From: Lytechinus pictus
Taxonomy: Eukaryota
Reading direction: 5' to 3'
Assembly (NCBI RefSeq): GCF_037042905.1
Contig: NC_087247.1
Location: forward strand, 52,452,001-52,516,000
Length of the DNA stretch: 64,000 nt
Part shown: positions 38,001 to 51,098 of the stretch, one piece after another
Position numbering within the stretch: the first letter of the stretch is position 1
Layout of the letters: each line of letters starts with the position of its first letter
Notes under the pieces: model-generated
Databases searched by the model: none
What the model was told of the DNA's origin: nothing
Seen by the model: the letters and a program-made list of their open reading frames with translations, nothing else
Program-made: the position numbers and the translations under genes

Positions 38001-40210
38001 TTTATGGCCATACTAAAAATAATGAAGATGTCAGCAAAGTATGTTATGTTCATATATGGAAGATTTAATAGTATTATAATGGCATAATCTTTATTTTTAT
38101 TCCATATCTGGACGATGTCTCTGAGCTCCGAGAAAAGAAGCACAATGTGCATGCGATGACGTATGACATATTTTCCATTCATGAAATCAGAGCCCAAAGT
38201 TGGGCACAAACGAGCTTCAAATTGATGGGAAAAAATATCAAACGCAATTTTCTGTTTTGTCATGTAAAATGTTATTATATGGTGATATTAAGATCTTGAA
38301 TAGAGTTTCTGCATGTTGACAATATTCGAGAATCAATCCTGACGTGATAATTATTTTTTTAGACAAGTGCACTCACTCAAGTCGATCGTCATGTGATGAC
38401 CGTCATTGAAAATTGATACGAAATACAAACGTTTCACATCAAGCTCTAAATTCATATTAATGATTATCATATGCGAATTATTGTTAATTATTACGATTAA
38501 ATCGTGTTCTATGGTCATGATATTAATATTGTTCATGAAAGCAAGATTTATTTTACGTTGATCGCGCCAATTTTCCGGCCATTTTCTGATTTGATTACAG
38601 CACAGTACTGCGCATGCACGATCGATGGCGACTTCCATTCATGAATTCATCGTGCATAAATTATCTCAGCACGAGCAGAAGAGTAAGACTCGAACTATGA
38701 TCGAAATAAACTTCAAATTAATGGTGAATAGGCATCATAATTACACAATCGGTTTCATTTTGGGGGCAATATAAATCAAGTAGTAGTCAAGTTGGACATT
38801 ACTGTTATTTTGATTTTTGATGATTGATTGTGTGAACCAAACGAATCGGCCAGCCGACGTATTTTTATTTTTTTTCGATGCACCGATTTTGCAAAATCTG
38901 CACCGGTGCTCGATGACATCGATCGAACACCAATTTTAAAATCAATTCGCCTCAGGCTTATTCCAAATCAAATTCTAAATCGATAATATTTTTGTTTATA
39001 TATTCCAAATCAAATTCTAAATTGATAAAATCAAACTTTTTTTTTTTAAATCTTTTGAAAGTCAATATCATTTATATGTTAATTTATGTTATATTCATTG
39101 TTGAAATTTTCATGGAAATGAATCGCATTTGGAGCGAAATGATATAGTTGTAATAAATAACTTTAAACCGGAATTATTATTGTGCAGTGCAATTACTTAT
39201 GTGTACTTTGACTACATCATAGCTCTCTTCACTTTAAAAAAGGATGCTTGGGGTGTGTGAGGTTGTTTTATTTGATTTGGGGTGATTGGTGACCAAATCT
39301 CTAGGTAAGCAAAAACCCAGGTTTGATCCTGACATACAGTAATTATAAATGTAAAGACGATCAAATAAATATTTTAGATTGGGCACCCTACCTAAACTAG
39401 TCAGTAAGTAAGGTGTGGTCTATGGTGTCAAATGCGGCCGACAGTCAGTGTTAATAAGTAAGGTGTGGTCTATAGTGTCAAATGCGGCCGACAGATCTAG
39501 TAGTAGAAATAGATCTATTGCTGCGACAGATCCACTGGCCATTTTCTGTATGATAAAACTAGAAACATTAGGCCTAGTGAGGAGTGTCTCAACACTAGTG
39601 TGATGAGGTCAGACAGTAGGCAGACTGAAATGGGTCAAATAAATCATGTTTTAACAAATAATCTGTGACCCTTTAATTCAAGAATCTTGAACAAAAAAGG
39701 AAGATTACTAATAACCGGTCGGTAATTTTTGAGTGATTCGCAATCTAACATAGTTAAAGATGTTTTTTCATTAATGGACGATCGAATAAGGACTTAAACT
39801 GAACTTAACTTTTAAAAGAGCAAATAAGTCAGAGAGAAAATACGAAGCAAAACTGTTTTGATCTTTATTATGATTATCTGTTTAAGTTTTGAGCACCTAG
39901 CCTAGGCAGCCCAGCTAAAGCCGGGGTAATGATAATAGCAGGGCCCGCTGGGAGAACAGATTTCAGAACTGAAGTGGCTTCCCTGGGTAAATATAATACC
40001 TGATAGGCCTATAATCTATATCATTATTATTATTAAGTTAAGTTAAGGGACCCCATGTTCATGTTGGCAACAGAGTACCGTACACTACTACCGTACAGAC
40101 GCCATGCATATTTACCGAAGTCTCCATGGTAAGTTTCCATTGATTCCAATCCCCATTTTTCCGCTACTGGTGCAAGCAGCAGCTATCAGATTCAGTTTCT
40201 TCTCAGCCAT
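29061..40210 (-). CDS. DHFR: Dihydrofolate reductase, 189 aa; exons 40210-40116, 34175-34020, 33098-32972, 31421-31309, 29139-29061
   Basis: [108 protein letters not shown] introns with compatible phases; 570 nt total. Confidence 0.95.
33388..33866. mobile_element. Foldback element with two long hairpins in a DHFR intron (family uncertain)
   Basis: acagatattgcct ... aggcaatatctgt arms around a central gaagcgcacagcgctgagg; second hairpin tgacgtcaccttagtgaatataac ... gttatattcactgaggtgacgtca. Confidence 0.55.
34316..34962. mobile_element. Partial non-autonomous DNA transposon with repeated ggggcaagttgagcc motifs
   Basis: Direct and inverted copies of ggggcaagttgagcc / tggctcaacttacccc. Confidence 0.5.
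34994..35660 (-). mobile_element. Decayed L2-clade LINE reverse-transcriptase fragment (3' part)
   Basis: Frameshifted VPQ..GS motif, [48 protein letters not shown]. Confidence 0.85.
37194..38960. mobile_element. Non-autonomous hAT-superfamily DNA transposon (1767 bp)
   Basis: TIRs taagcctgag..gattattttgaaaaccggtgttcga / tcgaacaccaattttaaaatcaattcgcctcaggctta; perfect 8-bp TSD ttccaaat at 37186-37193 and 38961-38968; CpG-rich interior; no transposase ORF. Confidence 0.85.
39400..39800 (-). mobile_element. Decayed L2-clade LINE RT fragment (5' part)
   Basis: Minus strand encodes NYRP..SNLP, QSAY and [14 protein letters not shown]; the SAAFDTIDH segment is tandemly duplicated. Confidence 0.75.
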
Positions 40211-40454
40211 TTTTTTTGTGACAGCTCATGTATCAATCACTAACAAATTCGAAGCTAACGAGATTACGAGGAAGACAATGAAGGCAACGTATCCAGCGAG
40301 ATCGACAGCAGCGACTTGAACGTACACACACTGAAACGACCGGCTGTGCCGCCGCGCCCCTGGCCCTGGCTATCTTTCTCGATCTCGGACCTTAGTCCCT
40401 TGGCCCAACCTACCATACCTAGCCTATCAACAGCAGCTTTCCCACGTTCATATC

Positions 40455-40480
40455 CTTCGCGCGTTTACTTCCTGTCCAAT
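40455..40480. promoter_or_regulatory. Candidate DHFR promoter cluster: E2F-like, ETS and CCAAT motifs
   Basis: cttcgcgcgttt, acttcctg and ccaat are contiguous, ~250 bp upstream of the DHFR ATG, in a locally CpG-rich stretch. Confidence 0.4.
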
Positions 40481-40540
40481 TTTGAACGTAGATGGTGATA
40501 TTGCATTCATTTCACTGCCGGTCATCAAGATCTCCGACGA

Positions 40541-40670
40541 GGTGCCGTGGCCGAAGGTGCCTGACTACACAATGATGGAAGTCCAGAGTTCAATTCCCAG
40601 CACGACCCTTTGCCTTGAAGAAAGCATTTTTTACGTTCCTATTTTGTCTTGCATCAAATAAATGATAAAT
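40541..40670 (+). mobile_element. Degenerate tRNA-derived SINE
   Basis: ggtgccgtggccgaaggtgcctgacta (A-box region) and gagttcaattccc (B box); similar to the 17866 copy. Confidence 0.5.
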
Positions 40671-41341
40671 GTCTAATTCTATGCCTTAATATATAAACGT
40701 AAGCATGTGTTTAAAATAAAATAAAATAAAAACAGATCTTGGAAGATTATATGCAAACTTTGGTCTATATAACGTTAGACAAAAGAAAAGTCTTGCATAT
40801 ACAAAACAAAAAGTTGAAATGAATTCATGTAAGGCAAAGCAAAGGTAAAGAAGCCGAAAGGCTAGGCCCATGTGGTGAGCCAGTGAACATGGACGCCGAG
40901 TGAACTGGGATACCATTTTTATTAACCTACTGCAAATTTGTTGAAATTGTTGGAACGTATTGCATTATTTTTTATTATTCTGCAGTTCAATTTATGACCG
41001 AGATCACTTTATACAAAATAACGATTTTTATAGGCTAATAATCTAGCCAGTGCATCGATTAAAGTAGGAGAGCAAACTGTAACCTACTACATAAGTATAG
41101 TTTACTATCCGATGATCACAATCACGGCTCTTGCCAGGTTAAATAAAGAAAAATATTGTGACATGTAAGAAAAGGAAAAGGAATATTATTTTACCAAGGC
41201 AAAAGTCTTTACGCCACCAGTTGAAAAAAATTACTTTTGTGAGAAATCATTTTGCCCCAATTTGTGATATGACCCCTGAAGACTTGAATCTCTGTTGAAT
41301 CTTTAAAAACTCTGCTGAAAAACTTGCTGTTTATTAATTTC

Positions 41342-41783
41342 TTAAAGGAAAATTCCGGGGAAAATTCACCCTGACGATAAGTTGATTTTAATAACTTGAA
41401 GAAAAAACTTTGAAGGTTTGATGAAAATCCATCCAAAATAGCAAAGATATCATTTTTTGTATTATGTGACGTCACATACGAGCGGCCCCTCCATAGCATG
41501 ATTTAACTTGAACTAAAAAATCCTAAAATACGAAAAAGGCAAGTGATTTTATTTGCTCAGAACTATATCATGAGGCACATTATTTCATACATCATGTTTC
41601 ATTAAAGACTGGAATCTATAATAGGAGAGCTGCTCGCATAATAAAAAAGTAACAAATTAAAAATCTTATAATTCAAAACTATCTATTGTTTAATAGATTT
41701 TTATCACCTTCATCTATATTATTCTTTATTTTGTTTGCTTGTATTAAAAAAAACCTTATCGTTAGGGTAAACTTCTCCTTCAA
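41342..41783. mobile_element. TTAA-type foldback MITE between DHFR and the sulfotransferase
   Basis: ttaaaggaaaattc..caccctgacgataag ... cttatcgttagggtaaacttctccttcaa inverted termini. Confidence 0.6.
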
Positions 41784-42332
41784 CTCTTTACAGTCTAGGC
41801 TACTCACCGTAAACCTTACGTAGGCCTATATAGTTAATTTGGCGTTTTATGCAAAAAAAAAGAGACTATATATACTTACTCAAAATATAAAACAAAAAGC
41901 AAAAATATGAACAACTACAAAGATCGTTATACGGGAACTGTACGTTTTAGTGAAGACCGTCAAGGTGGGATGAAAATCGATTGGTCTTGTCTCCTTCTCT
42001 ACCCCCCCGCTTTCCACCCCTGTCCCTATACCTAAGCCTATCACCCGCCGCCCCCCCCCCCCCCTATATGGCTAAGAAAGTAAGTCTTAATCGATCAATA
42101 TTGTCCTGCAAACGTTCTGAGAAGTATACACGTATAGACCGAAGGTAATCGATGGAGCAGCAGCTAAAATACAATAAAAGAATGAGGGTCTATTGTAATG
42201 TCCATCTCGGGGTCCATCTGTACACTGATCAGGCGGGAGTATATACTAAAGTACTCTATCTGGGTATTGGCGAATTATAATTTCTGCTGTATGAAATAGT
42301 ATATTTAGTTATTCTGCGAAGATTGATCAACA

Positions 42333-45300
42333 ATGGCATGGTTTTCAAAAAGGGTAAGGCTCTATCAGTGCTTCGATGAGATGTTATTGTTTCACATTCG
42401 TTAGTCTGACCTATAGTTGTTGTTTTTTGTATGAATTTTAGTTGTTCTTTTTAGGTTATCTAGGTATTAGGTTAGAGTTAAGGTCGGCCAATACCTAATA
42501 AAGTCATAGGACATCGTCTTAAGATTGCAAATATTCTACAAAGCCGTAACGTCTCAATAATTTCCGTGTTAAGATTTGAATTTATTGTCTGTAACTGATT
42601 AGTCATGTTTTATTACATAATTCTTGATGTTTTATTTCGAGTCCATTTTTATATGTAAAACAACCCATTCAAGGATTATGCCTGAAAAAACGGAGGGAAG
42701 TAGGTCAGGACTAAAATACGACAGAGTATGATATTATTTCAAATGAATATTATTTTGTTAGAGATAATAACTATATTCTTTTTGCATTTTTTTCTCAAAT
42801 TTTTGGCGCAGTAAGACTAAAATATTGCATGTGTCTGCGACATCTTCTGACAGAAAACTGATGTGCTTTAATTTTTTTTTTGTAATTTTACTTCAGTCAA
42901 GATGATAATAAAGTACAATGAAAATACATATACATGGATATCAAAGGTCAAATCCACCCCAGAAAATTTTTGATTTAAATCAATAAAGAAAAATCAAACA
43001 CGCTCAATGCTGAAAATTTCATCAAAATCGGATGTAAAATAAGAAAGTTATGACATTTTAAATTTTCGCTTATTTTTTACAAAACAGTTATAATTATGCA
43101 CAACTCAGTGACATGCAAATGAGAGAGTCGATGATGTTCATCACTCACTATTTCTCATGTTTTTTATTTTTTGAAATATTCAATATTTCAATTTTTACCA
43201 ATTTGACATTAAGGACCAACTTAATTGAACCATAAGATGTCATAACAATGGTAATACCACATGTTCAGGGAGGAATACAAATTTTGTCTCACAGGACAAT
43301 GAGGAGAAATTAGAATAATTCATATTTCATATAATAAAATACAAAAGAAATAGTGAGTGAGTGATGTCATTAGTCCCCTCATTTGCATACCGACCAGGAT
43401 GTGCATATAACTGTTTTGTGAAATTAAGCGAAACTTAAAGATGTCATAACATTTTTATTTTACATCCGATTATGATGAAATTTTCGGTGTTATGCTTGTT
43501 GGATTTTTCTCTTATTATTCAAATCAACTTTCTGCTGGAATGGACTTGTCCTTTAAGATGATCGTTATAAGCATAAATATTAACTTTAACAAAGCTTCAT
43601 TTTATAAGAGGACAATAAAAGCATATAATACAAAATTGCTTTCTGTATTATGCCATTGTCAAGAGTTCAAACTAAACTTTGGTATACAATCATGTGATCA
43701 CTGATATTTCATAAAATAGTACTATTCTGGAGGCCCCTAAAATATAATTCGATCACGTTTAGAGATGGTTTACACTTCTTTCAACGATTAATGTTGCTTA
43801 TTATGAAAATTGACTATTGTTAACCCTCATTCGCATATTTTGGTGATATGATATAATTATTTTGATTATTATATTATTCTACTTTCTAGATAATTTTCTT
43901 TTTGTTCATCGTCGTTTCTACAATCCTGTTCATCATTCTCCAGTTTACCAACATCTCAGATCTTATTTCCAGCTCATCTGTTCAAAAACAATCCACCTCA
44001 GAACATTATGGCAATAGACCGATTAATATACATGAAATACAAGAGAACGCAGAGCGTGGGAGAGGGGAGGGGATAAATAAGGAACATACTAAAACCAACA
44101 AGAAGAAACGAGAAAAAAATAATGGAATGGGGTCCAAGGCAAATCTTAGACCAAACTGGAACGGAAATGCTTCATCAATATTTCCCCCCAACAATGAGCC
44201 AAAGTACAACATTGTATTACGAAAGGCATCGGAACCCTATTATCCTAATGTGTTTCAATATGATGAGGAAGGAAACATTCTGTATTTGAAGAAGAACGAG
44301 ATGACAACCATGAGACCCGGTGCCACCAAAGAACTTGTCTTATCTGCTCCTGAGGTGAGTACCATACGGTGGGGGGGGGGGGGGTTGCAATTTGCTCTAA
44401 CACAAAAGCGCTTAAAAAGGTTTTTTTAACGGTCGAGTGATAGATATCGAACATTTCCAAATTCGTGTGGGAATTGGCGTATATTTTTTAACCTTATATC
44501 ATGAAAATTGACACATCTCGGTGGGCATGGAAGGGTAAACATGACAAAATACTTTTAGGGTAGTCTGGGATCGAAGAATGATGTTTGTTTTGGGGTCCAT
44601 ATACGAGTATATGATGCCCGGGATCCATCTTGTAAATACAGCCTCTGGTACATACCCATAGCATGGACCCAATAAAAAGACTGCCCTTCATCATGTTGAT
44701 GTTTTATGTTGCGCCAACCGCTCAGAAATTCCATAATTCTTTTATTAATGACGAGGATCTTTGATAATGATCAACCTTGAATTGAAATAATGCCGTTCAT
44801 GAAGTTTTGTTGGCAGCATGAACTCCCGCATTAACTATAATTTTTTACTTATATAGTTATCCGGAGTCACATTCATTAAAAAATACATATTAAAAAAAAT
44901 ATATTTGTTTTCTTTATTTTATACTGCAGGGTAGGCCTATTCAGTTATGCAAAACTGCTTTCCATAGGCGCCCTGCAGTTTATTATCAAATAACTCAACA
45001 TTATAGCATTTCATTTTACTGAAATTATCAATGAATGAAATATTGTCATGCAGTGTTCCAAATCATTACGAATGGCGCCCAACAGAACGACTGAATTAGG
45101 GGTGTAAAAGTATAAGGCTATAAGCCCCAGACCCATGGTAAATGACTCATATTGCTCACTAAAATTATGATGATCCTTATAAGCTTTTTTTAGTGTCATT
45201 TACCTGAATTTTGAGAAAACGCTTGACTCGGGCAAATCAGAAATAAAATATCGCTGTACTCTGACCAAATTATTTACTATCTGCATTCCCCCCTCTCTCT

Positions 45301-48300
45301 CTCTCATCACTCTCTCTCTCTCTCTCTGATGGAAACTGTACGAGATTGGATCATCCATGGTGGCCATAGTACATGGAGGGGCTGACTCATGGGAGAGCTA
45401 AAAGACATCCTGTCTTGTATCTTATATTAGGGAGTTTTCACGACCGCGACGCAGAATGAATTCAAGAACACAGTAAATGTATTGAAAATGCCCGTCATAA
45501 TGACAATGCATGAACAAATGGGAGGGCTTAGTCGATATTGGTGAACCGGAGCAGCAGTTTCGTCCTAAGTTTTGGAGCTATCGAGAAATGGCAAGTATGT
45601 CATTTTTCCTGTCCAGGACGAAATTACTGCTGTTTTTTAATCACACGACGAAGACTTCTTTGTTGCTCTTTGTCATGAAGGGCATTTGAAAATAAATTTT
45701 CTATTTTCTTAAAGGTTTTCTGCTTCACAGTGCGAAATCACCCTATTGAGTCAAACCCGTGTCGGATTTATCAAAGGCACTCGTAAAAAACACAAAAAAG
45801 GGAGAAACATTGTAATTTCAATAAATCTTTCAATTTCGTTCCTTCTACTAATTCTGCAGTTGTTCGATAAAATTCCCACCCGATTTCTGGATAACTTTAA
45901 GAATCCATGCTGGCTTCGAGAAGGGAATGAGTTGAATTGTCTACCGTACTTCTACATCATTGGCATGTACAAGTGTGCAACCAGTGATATTTGGGACAAG
46001 ATTGTTCAACATCCAGACATCTCGAAGGCTGCCAAGGAACCCCACTGGTGGGGGCCAAGAAGACACGGATACACAGTCAGTAGAGTCTTTCGCCAAGTAG
46101 GTACGTAAACAGAAAGTATATAGACTTTGAAGAATGCTCATATCTAACTAAGATGACCAATACATGGATAAGTCATATCACCAATACTATTGCAGACAAT
46201 AAATACCAACAATTACACTAAAATTGTCAACAAGTCATGATGAGGAGAATCTTTGGCTAGGTCGGTACAAACTTTGAACTTTGATCAATTTTATCATCTT
46301 CTTCCAAAGTATCAAAAGTGAAAGATTGAAGCATATATACCCTGACGTCAAACCTATAGCTGACTGTCATGATGGACCTGTTCGTTCCCAGTTGTTTCAA
46401 TGGTATAAAAATTATTGCTTAATCGTTAATGGTTATGTGAAATCCAACCATCACCATTATAGGCCTTTAAGGCTTGACTGTTTTAGCAACTGAATCATCG
46501 TCACCCTTTTTCTGTCCAAAGTTATTTTACTGTCTATGAATTTCCACTTTCTCTGCCATCATGATGTTACGAGGCTTGGCTCACTGGCCGATATTAGGCT
46601 ATGTCAGCTTACAAACTTAAAAAAGTTCTTTATATATAAGATAGAAAAAATCTATGAATGAAAAACTTTATTTGCATTAATTGATCTTGTTTTTTGTCTC
46701 AAAATAAAGAAACAATTATAGGTATTCTTAAGCAGCTACTTTGCATGTCTCGTATTATGCGGTAGGTTCTTTGGCTGATATCAAATTCAATTTGGTACGA
46801 ATATAACACATTGTCATCCTTTATTGATTCTTGTTTTGCATCATGGATATAAGAACTGTCATTAGTGTATTTTTCTATTTTTTACTACTATCACTTTTCA
46901 CCATCGTTCACAAGTCAATAATATTATGACCATCATTTTTATTTTTAGTATTACGTTCTCGTAACGTGACCGGAGGTGTAGACGATAGCTCTTTAGAGTG
47001 GTATCTCAATATCTACAAATTTGATGTAATTCGTAGACTTCTCGAAGGAAAGGAGAAAAGAGGAAATCAATACTACTACCCAATGGTCTATGGTAAGCTG
47101 TATTATGTTAACAATTTTTGGTAATTGCAAAAACTATCAAACTTTAATAACCTCTTTAACCATCTAAAAGCTAAAGAATTTGAAATAATGCCTGAAGAGG
47201 AAGAGCGCACATATAATGAGAGTAACTTATTTTTAATTGTGGAAAAAGTAAGAAAGAAACAAAAGGAAGATTATTCATATTCCATGCATCGATATTTTTG
47301 CTTTTTACAATAAAAGTATACAAGCGACGAGCGATCTAATTGCATCAGTTGAATTATTCCATTTAATATACATAATGAATATAGTAATGTTTATTGATTT
47401 ATGGGAAATGATCAACTCCAAGTTTTTTAGAGTTATATACGTGAATCATAAAATTGAATAGTGTTTTTAGGCCTTTTGAGGATATAGAGACTTATTCTCG
47501 ATCTCATATACTTTTTTTCCGGGGGGGGGGGGTGTCTCCAACCCCCACCCCCTCCAAGCTGTATGCAAGTCGTATAGTGGTAATAGCTGTAATAAATCTT
47601 TTAAACTACATTTTTTAAATGAAGGTGATGCTTCGATATCTACCGCTTCTGCCATGGGGCTGGAATGGATTGAACAATACCCGAACGATAAAGAACCACC
47701 ATACACTAACGCTGATCTTATCCGAGCTCTCCAACCTAATGCAAAGATTATACTTATGGTGCGGAACCCCACTCAGAGGTAAGGAAACAATTCCTTCAAA
47801 GACAATACAAAATCGACAGATAAAGTACCGACAAAAAATGTTTCAACTAAGGGTATTATGGGGCGTCGCGAGAAACTTTTGTTTGCAACTCAACTTTCTT
47901 AAAACGCCCCTTAAGAAACAAAAAGTTGTTGTTGTTGTTTTGCTTCTATTGTTTTATCATAATTTACTTTGCCTCATTTTCAGGTGCAAATTAGAAAGTT
48001 GAAGACTTTTTCGATTATTGTTTTTCTGTTCATCTTGGTATTTATTATAATTCGAAAACGGAAAATTACTCATACCCTGATTTTGTGATAGTAAATTGAA
48101 GACCCCCTGTGATTATTCTTTGTTTTCTTCTCATCTACCCTCTTCCTTTTCCCTAGGTTCATTTTTCTTTAATCTTACTAAAAAAATGAACAGAATAAAC
48201 GAATTATCTGGAGTACTTAAATCGATTCAAGATCCCTTTCTCGCTGATTAACAAAATCCAATAGTAATGAACGTAGATCTTATTTTAGAGAGAAAAAATA

Positions 48301-51098
48301 AGTCTTATTTTGTGTGTTGAGTCGAAATTATCGTATGCCACTAACGACTTGATTTTTGTTTCAAATAATGTTACTAATAATTAGAGCACTTAACACTTAC
48401 GTAATAAAGTATCTAAGCGCTCTAGTAATACAGAATATTACCCTGGCTGTAGCAGAGTAGTAGTTTCTGTTTTTAAGAAATTTATAAAGAGATAAAATAG
48501 TTGTGAAGCAGGGGTGTCGATCCATGTTTTAGATTGGGGGCATGCTTTCCAATGCTTTTCAAACTTGCATTGCATCGATAAATGTTTTGTATTGTCAAAA
48601 TTATTGGGGGTAAAACATGTTTGTCCCAAAAATATTTTCATTAGGGTGATCGCCCCAAGGATCAAATGCCTCAGTTGTGAAGTATACTACATGACTATCA
48701 TTTTGTTAAGGTGTAATATGATATAGGGGGCTATTCACAGATAATAGACTTTGTTGATTAATATATACGATTGCTAAAATGTAAATTGTGCAGGGTAAAT
48801 AGAATATATATATCAATAAAATATAACTGACTTAACACTCATCCTAACTTTTTGTTTAATTTTAAGACGAAACATATCATTGACAGCTATTTACCTCAAA
48901 GTCATTAAAGAAAATGATATAATCTTCATTGGCGAAGAAATAATAATATTCTTATGATATGTTGGTTATAAATCTCTCCTTGACAGGGCTATTTCATGGT
49001 GGTGGTACAGTCACAGATCTCATATTCACAGCCTCAAAAGTCCATATTCTGCGAAGACTTTACACGAACAAATAGTCAAATACATCGAGTGTTTTAATGA
49101 TTGTTTGAAGGAGCACAATCTCAGGTATTGTGCCTACGCAGCCGGTTGTGTGAGTATTTTATATTAATTTAGCGAGGGGGTTCAGGAAGGCCCCCAATAT
49201 GAAGATAATAATTATGACAGCATAAAAAAACGATAAATGGAGGGGAAAAACAATCAGTGTTGCAAGAGAAGCGTCAAGGATCGTGATGCGATGAATTTTA
49301 AATCATATAGAAAAGATAACCAACTTTTATCAATGAAATGGGCATTTCATTTATTTTTTTCTTTTGTCATGGCAGAGCATATATGCCATGACGTTTAAAC
49401 AATCAAACAATTAATACAATAAAAGTCATAATTTTGCCTTGTCTGGGAAGAAGAAATTATGCATTTAAACTAACCAAAATCTGAGGATATCTTGCGAATG
49501 AATCGGGATGATGACAGGGATCTATGAAAAAAAATGCATCCCAAAAATTGCACTGAATAAAGGGAAATGTTTTCACAAAAGACCTTTGAACTTCTAACGC
49601 AATATACCAATGTTTCCTTTCAACAAAATCTTTAACAAATCTGACAAGCCCCCCCCCCCCCCCCCCAAAAAAAAAAAAGAAGAAGAAGATAAAAGTTCTT
49701 CAAAAACATCGAGGGAAATGTTTTGTAATAAGAATGAACTAATTGATTTCTAGCATTTTTAGTGTAATTTGTTTTAATACACTAAGAGGCGGTGTGATCA
49801 TGATGATGAAATGAGAATGTTGAAAGTGTTCATCTCACAATGTGTTCATGATGGGTATAGTCAATGAGCTAATACAAATTTTAAAGATATATTGTAATGT
49901 AACTTAATATAACGTACACGTACTTTAAAAAGTTTAGTAGATATAACAAGACAATCTGACGTGATTTGAAATTCTAATTTATGTTTTCTCTGTTCAGCCT
50001 TATGAATTAATTCCCAACATTCAAGTTGGAATTTACCACGTGTATCTCCAAGATTGGATAAGAGCTTTCTCACGTGACTCAGTACTCGTCATTCGAGTGG
50101 AAGATTGGCACACCAATCAGGCAGAGCTCTACAGAAAAGTTATGGAATTCCTAGATTTAAGTAAGTATTCCATTATCCTATAATATATTGCTGTAAAACA
50201 ATAGGCTGAGAGAAAAAAAATAATAAGAATCTATGCAATAGTCGTCTATGTATAAATGATTTAAAGGAAACTAAAAAAATGAAAAGAAAGAAATGCAATG
50301 AGAGATTGTAAGAAAAAAAGAAGAGAAATTAAGAGAAAGAAGGGTAAAATGGGATTTATACCGGCATTGCATGGTTGATTGTTGCTTTTCCTTGAAGTTA
50401 ACTCTAATTTCATGAAACATTTGTCGGATGTTTGATTCGATTAAGTCTGTTTTATCCGATGTTTACCATAGTAACAGTCAGACATCTGTTTTACTAAGCC
50501 AATTAAAATCAAGGGAAATTGTAAGGCGAAACTTTTGATATTGTGATAAGTAATTTTAACATTTTATGCCCACAAAGCACAAAGATTTCGTTCATTATGT
50601 AATGTAATATACCATTATTATAATTTTTTATTACTTTCATTAGCATCACCCTTTCATTTTGAATATATCTGAAACATATTAGGGGGATTTAGTAGAAACC
50701 GTAACATATCACTGCATATTCATATGTTACTGGAGGGCAGATCCCTCGCCAGGGCATTGAAATCAACCAAGAGTAGTAAAACTGTGACGAAATTAATGTT
50801 ACATTTCCCCTTTATGAAATACCATAAGCCTCGTCTTTTTTGCTTTTTGTATTTTTGTTAAGAACTATATTTTGGTGTGTAATAAATATATATGATTTCT
50901 TTCATAATCTCATTCATTTCAGGGCAACTGACACAGAGTCAATTTGGAGAGATAATGGACCGTGAAACAAAGCATATCACTGAGAAAAATCACGAGGATG
51001 CTTGGCCAGAGACTGTCAGTCTCCTTGATAGTTTCTTTCATCCTTATAATAAGGAACTGGCGAAACTTATGGGAGATGACAAGTTCTTGTATCTATGA
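42333..51098 (+). CDS. Carbohydrate sulfotransferase 15-like (GalNAc4S-6ST family) type II Golgi membrane protein, 508 aa; exons 42333-42353, 43890-44354, 45860-46100, 46949-47092, 47625-47778, 48987-49149, 49998-50160, 50923-51098
   Basis: MAWFSKR plus TM segment IIFFLFIVVSTILFIILQF; FKNPCW..CLPYFYIIGMYKCATSD (5'-PSB), KEPHWW, GDAS, PNAKIILMVRNPTQR (3'-PB), GIYHVYLQDW, FLDL, FFHPYNKELAKLMGDDKFLY. GT-AG introns with consistent phases; 1527 nt. Confidence 0.88.
42941..43556. mobile_element. TTAA-type foldback MITE, same family as 15723-16306
   Basis: aaaggtcaaatccacccc ... tggacttgtcctttaa; interior is colinear with the 15723 copy. Confidence 0.85.
45428..45745. mobile_element. Foldback MITE; second copy at ~51290-51555
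   Basis: tagggagttttcacgacc left terminus matches the ggttgtgaaaactcccta terminus at ~51537-51554; shared interior motifs actgctgtttt and tgtcatgaagggc. Confidence 0.55.

Noticed and set aside
37213-38638. ORFs inside the hAT element as a transposase or captured gene
   Set aside because: All are under 100 aa, with no BED finger, DDE or hAT dimerisation motif.
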